This document shows, piece by piece, positions 54,501 through 64,000 of a stretch of DNA of 64,000 nucleotides. The notes below the pieces were generated by a model, which worked only from the letters and a program-made list of their open reading frames with translations, was not told the origin of the DNA and searched no databases. Origin of the DNA: Eledone cirrhosa (taxonomy: Eukaryota); contig OZ024741.1 of NCBI GenBank assembly GCA_964016885.1, positions 78,740,001 through 78,804,000 of the forward strand, in the 5' to 3' direction. How positions within the stretch are numbered: position 1 is the stretch's first letter; every line of letters begins with the position of its first letter. The translations under genes and the position numbers were made by a program.

Positions 54501-57500
54501 TGAACGTCGGACAAATTCTTAGTAGTATTTATCTCAGGTTTTTATGTTCTGAGTTCAAATTCCGCCGAGGACAACTTTACTTTTTCATCCTTCCAAGGTT
54601 CATAAAATAAATCACCAGTCAAGTACTGAGATAGATATAAGCGATGAACGATCGTTTTACAAGAGCAAATTACAATCTCAGTGGGTTTTTTTTACGTAGA
54701 ATCTACTTAGAAAAAGCAAGCGTGAAAAGCAACATTGTACAAAAGGTATGAAATGAAACATCCCAATAAGGGAACATACACCTGGAAACGATATATATCC
54801 CTACGATACAATATTACCCAGACTACTAAGGTCAAATGACCTCTCAGGCCAGCATGTGCATGCGCTTAGAGTAAACCCATTCACATGGGCCATACTCACT
54901 AGTTCCACCTACCTTTCAACAAATTTATTAGGAGCAACATTTACCACCCCATGACTTGAAAATTTAGATGACAGCTGGTTAACGAGAAATGACGTACCCC
55001 AGTCTCAGTAATACTCCTCTGGGGAGCACAATCTAACTACTAATGCAGATCTTAGATGACCAGAGAAGTATATATATTTTTTGTAAGTTAACATCCAATG
55101 GTATTATGAATTAATAGAACACAAAGGGAAAATATTCAGAAAAGAGAACATAATAGTAATCTGGCTGCTAGCATAGTTTATGAAACGAACCACAAACTTT
55201 TAATTAATCATATCTACATTAATGGATAAATCATATTTTGTTGATGAGATTTGATTATATCGAATCATGTCTGGAGTTGTTGCCGAACTGTTAATAATCT
55301 GATTCACGCCCCCACCTACCAGACTACATTCCATATTAAACGAATTTTTGATTAATTGAAATTTAAAAGGTGTTTCCTCTCCCCGCTTTTTAAAAACCAG
55401 AATTAGTCATTTAGATGGGCACTGTCATCACGAAGAGTGTAATTTCAATTATTGGGTATTTCGATCGGTGGGAGTTCCACATTAGTAATTTTATAGAGGA
55501 TTAGTGGTGGAGCAGCGTGACGACGTTCTCGAGGGAAGTCCTGGGTATAGACGAGAAAGAACTGGCTAGTCTGTTCGGGAGGACTTTCAATCCGGGGACT
55601 ATGGATAATTTCCAGAAATCTCTGACCTGGCAGAAGTTTGCCAGTACTTGCCTACATGTTTTAACAATTTCAGCCAGGACCCTTTCAGGTGGCCTAGTCC
55701 AGGGGCCTTCCAATTTTGCATCTGTCTCAGTTATTTTTCTATTTCTTCTATCCACTCCACCTCCTTATTTGTGTGTGTGTGTGTGTGTGTAACCAAAACT
55801 CCAAAGTAGGAATTTTTGGGGTAATTTACACTACACCACTAAACGTTCTTCCCACTACATATCATAACAAATACCTATCTCTCTCTCTCAACCCTTCTCT
55901 TTCACAATCCACACCTTACTATTATTTCTAACTCCCATTCACTACCATTATTTTCCCATCTACTTCACGTCGCCCTTATGTAATCTACTCTCTCATACAT
56001 ATCAGCAACCCCCCCCCCCCCAACCCCCCAGTATGATACAGTCATTTTTTATTTGAGTTTATGAGCACGAAATGGTCAAAATGGCATCTGTATCTGTGAC
56101 AGTAATGTTGTGTACTAAAAATGATGCACTGATTATTATATCCCTCCCGAGATTTAACGGAACAGAGACTATAATTATATCTGAAATCATCTCCAGATTA
56201 TAGACGTATAAACAGTAAATGAATCAATATAACAAATGTAAAAATATCTTGCAAAGATAAACGGATTAACTGATTCTTATTTAAGAATCACTCTAAGATC
56301 CAGTATTTAACTAACAAGGCAATGATTCGTTCAAACGTGGATTTAAAAAAAATCCCCAGTAACTTGTTTTTACTATGCCTCTTTTTTATATAAGAAACAT
56401 GGACTTCGGGGTTTTTAATATTAGAGTTTCAGAATCTACTAGATTAAAAAAAAAAAAACTAAAATTATAAATCATTTTTATTTCATTCTACATTTATATA
56501 TTTTGCATGATATTAAGGATAGAAGATTAAAAGCTTCAATACTTTTCTTTACTGTATGTAAATATATTTCGTTTGCATTTGAAGAGTATAAATATAATTT
56601 GTTTCTATTTGTAATTACAATTTCGTCCTTAATAAATTAAAATTGAAACAACTATATTTTACTTTTTTAGAAAGTGAACCAACTAATGTTTTAAAATGCT
56701 AATAAAATATATATTTATGTACGTGAAATGGAAATGAAATATATTTGTATATTTATATATTTATATACATAAGGTTTATAATGAGTTTTCTCATATTTGT
56801 AAATCTTTTAAATCTAAGCAGTTTCTGGTTTTAAAAATTGATCAATTGATCAATTGTTTCTTTTAAAGGCATAATAAAAGTTAGAGGAAGGATTAAAACG
56901 TACCCCTTGTCTCCCTTGCCTTCTCGATTCAGGTTGAGAAGGACAAGAGAGACAACACTGGAATTTAAGTTAATTAAAATTAATTAGAAATTGAATGTAG
57001 TGGGACAGACTGCCTAAAGTTATATCCTCTATTTATTGCATTCTATATTTAATTAATCTCATTTAATTTAAATTATTTCGTTGTCTTTTTGCCTTTCTTG
57101 ACCAGAAATATCCATAAAGATAATGGATGTTTTTTCTCATTAAGGGCGTAGATTTTATTGATAAATCTTGTCTCGCGTTGATGCAACATTAGCGAGAACT
57201 AAAAATAATTTAGCGCATAAAACTATTAAGTATCCTAATGTCCACTTTATTTCCTATTTTATTTTTTCGGCCAGCAGGTGTTCCTTTGTGATTTCATTCA
57301 TTTTTCTAATCCATTTCTAACCAACAGAAGCAAAACGATTAAAAGCAACAGACACCAGGATGAAAAAGGATTTAAAAGAAAAACAAAGAAGCACAAGACA
57401 TTCATGATAGATGTCTTCTTTTTTTTTCGGTTGCGTTATACTTTATAAGGGATTCACTTACTTTAATGAGAGAGAAACAATGATTGGAAACAATGCAATC

Positions 57501-58174
57501 AGAACATCCAACAAACAATGAATGATTAACGGAAGGCAGCCGATAGTGAATTAAAGGCGCGGACTGAACAGCTAATCGGGCAGTACGATCGGTGGAAACT
57601 CCACCTTGGTTAGTGGAGGATAAGAGCGACGATATCCTTGGGAGACTCTGGGCGTCGATGAAGATCAACTAGCCAATTTTTTCCGCAGAAATTTCGGACC
57701 AGAGCCCATGGAAAACTTCCAGAAATTACTGGCCTGACAGTGCTACCAGGGAACTTTTTCCAGTTCCAGATAAACTCTACAGGCATGGAAGTGCCGTCAG
57801 CCGCCCCTGTCCGAGATGCACGCAGGGCGACGAAACCGTCTTACACGCACTTTTCCAGTGTCTGAGCATTGCTAACTAGTGAGTTTATGTCGAACACCTG
57901 CTGTCACGTGTAGGACAGATCCGGCTACCAGCTGTGTCCAGATTTCATCTGCCTGTCACTTATCTTGTGGATTGTCTCTCTGTTGACCGCTGGCCGCTAG
58001 TCTCTATCCTCTGAGGCATTTTTCCCCATCGCTGTTTTTGACAGCATTTAGCTGATTTAACGGCTGTTCTAGCGATGAGTTTTCTCATTTTTATATGTAT
58101 TCAATCAAATACACCCTCACTTCGTCTCGATCAGAGACAACATTGTTTTTATTACATATATATATATGTGTGTG

Positions 58175-58222
<48 letters not shown>

Positions 58223-58859
58223 CCTCTGTGTGATTGTGTATATATGTCTATTTTTAAGCGTTTAATAAATACTTGTTTCTACTTTAGGCACAAGGCCAGC
58301 AATTACCCAGTGCATTACTGGTACTTTATTTTATCGATAAATACTGCTACTAAAACATGGTGAATACATTTCTTGAACGTAAAATGAATTTTGTGTTGCG
58401 AAAAATCGGTTTCATAAACCTTTATCTTTTATTTAAATAAACATATTACATAAGTTTGTCACTGGTTTTAATATGTTCAAAAATGTATGTAACATGTGTG
58501 AAATTTATAATGTAAAGAATTTTTGCGATGCCATATAAAATTTTGTTGAGAATAAAGAGGTAGGTACAGTAAACTATTTCACATTACGAACAATACTTAT
58601 TGAAATTACATGATTCAGCAATATAACAATATCGAAATATGCGTTGACAAGGAAAAGCACTATGACATTTTTTTAATATGTAAGCAGATTGATAGTAACA
58701 TAGGTAGAGAGGTTCAAATTTAAGGATGGTGTATAATCATTTATATCGACGTCAGTACATAACTGGTAATTGATATTGGATTTACGACCGTAATGTTGTG
58801 GGTTCTATTCCAGGAAGGGACATATTCTTCATTGACCATACTTAAATATGGAATGATGC

Positions 58860-59880
58860 GTGATACACCCCACACACACAGTCCCGGCGGACAAGATGGA
58901 GAAGGCGTTTCCCTGGAGGACGGCAAGGGAGACGCGCTGGAAAAGCCACTCCAACTCGCGGGGCTCACACCTGCGGCTGGCCAGATCAGCGCCTATGGTG
59001 GTGAGTAGGGAGGTAGTCCTAGGGCCGAGGACACCTGAAGTCTCCACTGCCAGGGGTACAACCGCAAACCTGTCGGAGAGCGACCGGTATTTGAGGAGTT
59101 TGGCCTCCTCAGCCCGACATACAGCAGAACCTGGGTTAGTCGCAGACTGCGCCAGGTTGCGACTGCAGAAAGTATCGGTGCAAGTGGCATCCCAGACGAG
59201 GGGTTTGCCACCGCGGAACGGGATGGTCATGCCATCTGGCCTTTTGCCGTCCTCTCGGTCCAGCCTCACTGGCTCGAGCTGGGAAGGGAAGCCTGCAGCG
59301 TCCAAGTCATGCTTTATGACCTCGTTGAGGGCAGCATGGCGTGGAGGGCTGCCGGCACTGTGGCAACAGGAAAGCGGGTGGAGGCCGAAAGAGACCACAG
59401 TGGATTCACAGCGACATTAGTGTGGCTCGCAGATCCGGAGGCCGAGCCCCAAGGAAACGCCGATGCGCAGGCTATTGTTGTCTAGCTGCGTGTCAGTGGA
59501 GGAGGGCATGGCATGGAGCCAGGCCTCACTGTCGGGTTTGGAGGCCGCACGAAAACAGGCAAGGCGGTGCGGTCGAGCTGGCGCGTGAGCCTGTCTGAGG
59601 CCAGGCTGCACTAGATGGCATCCAAGTGCTTTGGGTGGACTTGACGTCAACAGGGGGAGAAGGAGGAGGGACGTATACTGGGCTAAGTCCCAGCCGGTCT
59701 CACGTCTCACAGGCGGCCTCACGTTCTCTGAACACAGAGGGTTCTATTGTGTTTTGAAGAACCCTGCTGACGAGGTTATCGACGAAAGGTACGCCGGCAA
59801 AGCCAGTGAGATCGGGCACCGGAGGCCAAGGCCGCCATAGCTGACAGGTAAAGTGGCCTGTTCCATCCAATGTCGTCAAA
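58860..59880 (-). mobile_element. CRE-clade non-LTR retrotransposon C-terminus (zinc knuckle + PD..D restriction-like endonuclease)
   Basis: SEAWLHAMP, LRIGVSLGLG, GLHPLSC..RHAALN, DGKRPDGMTIPFRGGKPLVWDATCTDT, AEEAKLLKY, VPLAVETSGVLG, LFQRVSLAVLQGNA; GC-rich; frameshifts. Confidence 0.85.
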
Positions 59881-61665
59881 TTTGAACTGGTAATTTATTG
59901 TATTGACCCAGGAAGGATAGAAGTAGTATTCGATTCTGGTGGGATTTGAACTGAGAACGCAATAAAATATATCTTGTAAATTAGCTTAAAGGTGGCGAAT
60001 TGGAAGAGTCGTTAGAACGTCGAATAGTGTGCTTTGTGGTATTCGTTTCGGCTCCCAGATCTAAGTTCAAATCCCTCCGAGGTCAACTTTGCCTTTTATA
60101 CTTTCGAGGTCGATAAAAAAGTACCACTGAGGTTGAATTTCTTCTATAACTCTTTCTCGCTTCCTCTCTGTCACTTTCTATCCTTTTCTGGAAGAAATCT
60201 GCTGTACACAGGCCTGGAGAGGGATATGCTCCGCCAGGCTTAAAATGCCCAAGAAAGGCCGTATGTCACTACGGTACCCCAACGATTCCAACAGGAGTTA
60301 CGGGATGAAAAGTAAAAGAAAAGGAAGAAAGAAGTTAGCTTAAAGTAAGTTGCTGCAAAGCAGGTTTTTTTTTTCCTAATAAAAAAAACTTGCATCGAAG
60401 CAGCTTTGTATACATTAAAAAATTCATAATTTACTCAACGCTTCATAAATACGATTGATTCTTTGTTTACATCTACTGGTCGATACAAAAGGCTTAAAGA
60501 CGGGGTTGAATGGTCACCTCACTTTGGTGTAATACCGTCCGGCTTGCTGCAGGTGTAAATTTGTGTTCCATAGTCGATGTCCATTTTCTCGTCTCTTGGG
60601 GCTTATATGCCCAACTTGTTCGATTATTTTTCATAGTGAAAAAAATGCAACTGCATTAAAGTAACTTATCTTAAGCTAACATACTATCCCCTACTTTCCC
60701 CCAACTGAATTTTGTTTCTGCATTTCAATTTTTCTACAGATTTATGAGGGTCTGTATCTATGACATTTGCAAGGACTACCAGACTGGTAAGATTGAAGTA
60801 GCAGATTGAATATAAGCCAGTCACAGGAATATATAGCCACAGAGAGAATCGGGGTGATTTCAGCTAATAACATTGTTATTGTTGTTGTTGGATAGTTAAT
60901 AGCGGCGCTGGGTTAACTATTAAGTAAAATAAGCATATGCTTAGGGCTCAAGAAAAGAAGCGCACCAAGGAAATTTTCAATTGTTGGATTTACCGTGGAA
61001 CATATAGTGTAGCTAAACAAAGGTCCACAAAAGTGGTTGTGATGGGAGAGAGTGACAACAAATGACAATTAAAGAATATTTCCATATATGGAATCAAAGA
61101 ACACCCCAAATATGCAGAAAATACATTATTTCTATGAGCAAAAGTGCTGTTGAGTGTTTAAAACACAAATATGGATAAAACACAAATATGGATATTTTTT
61201 CGTCTAACAAAAATTTGGAAAATAACATGAATATTAAACAAATTTATTTTAAAATAAAAATATTTTTTCTCTTTTTCAGGTAATAAATTATATTCAAATT
61301 GAATGTCATTAAAAAAAAAAAAAAAAAAAAGAAGCAAAAAACAAACACATTTTTTGCAGACTTTATATAATAAATTGTTATATATGAGGAGGGTTATATT
61401 GTTATAATATTGCCAGAAATAATAATATAACACACTCACTGTTTGGTTTGGATTTCGCTTCTGTATATTTTATATCCCTAAAGTTAATTCAACTGGCAAT
61501 CAATGTTTAACATTGATTGACCAAAATATATTTATATCTATATTAAAAATATAGATATAAATATATACATATAGTCTATCAAAGTTCTTTCATCACAAAC
61601 CTGTGACATCATAAGTGGTACTATTATGTTTCCTCCCGTTGTATTGTAATGTATATTCCATTTTT

Positions 61666-61757
<92 letters not shown>

Positions 61758-62447
61758 GGAGGTGAGTTTTATTGTAGTACAATAAAGCAATGCAGATATC
61801 GGATAAGAAGCACTCTACAGTTTGTAGGACTGGAGTATACATAATATATAAGAACATCGCACATATTATTAAACCCTTAAATATTATTCTTAATACATAT
61901 TAACTTTTTCTTTCCATCGCACATATTATTAAACCCTTAAATATTATTCTTAATACATATTAACATTTTCTTTTCATCGCACATATTATTAAACCCTTCA
62001 ATATACAAACCTTAACTTTACATTATTTTTCTCTTCGTTAATTTTCAAATTCTTTTAATTTATACATTATCTTCCAACGGTTTTTCAACCTCTCTATGTA
62101 AAACAATATATTTCTCTCAGTTATAAAAGCTATCTCTCTCTCTCTATCACCCATCTCTCCGCCTATCTCATCCTTCCTCATTATACTCCTCCCTCTCCAC
62201 TTTTTACTCTCATCTTCTCCTCTTTTTCACCCCCCCCCCCTCAAAAAATATTTTCCCCAATATCACACATCAATCTAAAACTACTTTTCATATGTTGATT
62301 TAAAACTGCACTATCCACAAGTGTTTTTTAACCTTCATATCATGTCTTCCTATTTTATCTGATGAAAACAAATATTATTGCATGACGATATTTGTTTTTG
62401 AAATGCGCATAATAAAATACATGGAACTCTTTTAACCATCTTTTGTT

Positions 62448-62541
<94 letters not shown>

Positions 62542-62680
62542 TGCCATAATCTTTTAAGTGGTTCGGGTCTTAAATCTGGCCTTGGTTAATAGCCATAACT
62601 TTGTTCATGTTATTGACGTATATTTAAACAATGGTGGATAAAACTTCCACAATGACAACGTCTTACAGGATACTTTAAAG

Positions 62681-62993
62681 CAGGGGTGTGCAACAGGCGG
62701 TCCGCGGGCCACAATCCGGCCTGCCAGACTAATCAGAGTGGCTCGCGATGACCGTTTTTAAATGTTACCTTGTAGGCTTATTTATAATTTTTTTCGTAAC
62801 CGTAATACAATATTTTGTTAGTTGACCTATACTAAAGGGCTTCACTGATATGGTTATGTGTGTTATAATTTCCCAGGTTATGGAAAGAAGTTGTGGTGAA
62901 TCTTTGGAATAGTGCTTAATAAATATTAATGGCCCTAATAATTGTTCCAATATTCAAAAGTAGCTCGCCAATGGAATGTCTTGCACACCCCTG
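62681..62993. mobile_element. hAT-type MITE with 13-bp TIRs and 8-bp TSD
   Basis: TIR caggggtgtgcaa / ttgcacacccctg; TSD ctttaaag at 62673-62680 and 62994-63001. Confidence 0.9.
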
Positions 62994-63001
62994 CTTTAAA
63001 G

Positions 63002-63290
63002 CAAGGGTTTCAAACTCTGATTGAAAAGGGCCATTACGTCCTGGGTGACAGGTATAACAAGCCAAAAGTGAAACGTGTGTGTTTGTATAGGGGTAGCGTG
63101 GTTCCCATCAGTTATAATGCTAATCTGCAATATGGCTGCAAATTATTATTATTTTTTTGTCTAAACGAATACGCATATGATGTTCAGTGGAATATATGAA
63201 TTAGTACAAAATGTAGAGGGATGGATTTTCCGTTTCAAATTTTCCTTTATTCTCCTGCGGGCCATAGGAAAGTAGTTTGCGAACCGCGTG
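63002..63290. mobile_element. Second, older hAT-like MITE adjacent to the first
   Basis: Imperfect ends caagggtttcaaact / agtttgcgaaccgcgtg; subterminal gggcca motifs. Confidence 0.55.
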
Positions 63291-64000
63291 ATCGATCACG
63301 CGGTTCGCAAACTACTTTCCTATGGCCCGCAGGAGAATAAAGGAAAATTTGAAACGGAAAATCTGTCCCTCTACATTTTGTACTAATTCATTCCATTGGC
63401 GAGCTACTTTTGAATATTGGAACAATTATTAGGGCCATTAATATTTATTAAGCACTATTCCAAAGATTCACCACAACTTCTTTCCATAACATGGAACTGG
63501 GAAATTATAACACACATAACCATATCAGTGAAGCCCTTTAGTATAGGTCAACTAACAAAATATTGTATTACGGTTACGAAAAAAATTATAAATAAGCCTA
63601 CAAGGTAAAATTTAAAAACGGTTATCGCGAGCCACTCTGATTAGTCTGGCAGGCCGGATTGTGGCCCGCGGACCGCCTGTTGCACACCCCTGCTTTAAAG
63701 TATCCTGTAAGACGTTGTCATTGATTCGCCTACCACAATGTTCGATTTGTCAAGCTATTTAAATGTATGTTATTACTCTAAGGCCATATCTTATCGAGTG
63801 CTTTGCTAACTCATCATTTCATATAAGTAGGCCGAATTTACTTGCAAACCACCAGAGATTCGATTTTACTGATTTCCAATTATATTATTCTCCTAGATTT
63901 AATAATTAACTAATTAATTTAATTAGACAATTCTGTTGATTGGTTAATTATTTGTGTTTGTTTTATAACATCTAGTTGAAAGCTTATCATGATAATTAGC

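Larger units (their letters stand above)
62650..63723. repeat. Spacerless foldback palindrome centred at 63293/63294
   Basis: gaaccgcgtgatc|gatcacgcggttc; right arm mirrors 62650-63293 except for a ~220-bp deletion. Confidence 0.9.

Noticed and set aside
59767-59800. CTGACGA...GAAA inside the CRE fragment
   Set aside because: No NUH, stem I or stem III; lies in coding-derived sequence

Overview
AT-rich, repeat-dense animal genomic DNA, probably octopus/cephalopod (inferred from the tRNA-derived SINE families and the long (TA)n/(CA)n/(GA)n tracts). I recognise no intact host protein-coding gene; most ORFs in the track are microsatellite artefacts. The window holds decayed non-LTR retrotransposons (RTE, RTE-BovB, R4/Dong, Tx1/L1, CRE), many SINEs, hAT-type MITEs, and a 5'-truncated Penelope-like element (RT C-terminus plus GIY-YIG) with ~1.3 kb inverted arms. 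The main unexplained signal is a dense set of type I hammerhead ribozyme (HHR) motifs from at least seven unrelated sequence families, found by manual folding. They sit in short tandem or inverted repeat modules inside microsatellite clusters (4.7-11.4 kb, 34.8-41.2 kb). Two families carry the compensatory U3-A8 core variant, most have palindromic stem III (dimer type), and one copy ends within 1 nt of the predicted cleavage site. This points to a Penelope/retrozyme-like population. Two pairs of duplicated non-coding islands (ETS+CArG; Rel/NFAT-like palindrome+AP-1) may be stimulus-responsive enhancers. All folds and alignments were done by eye and need computational and experimental confirmation.
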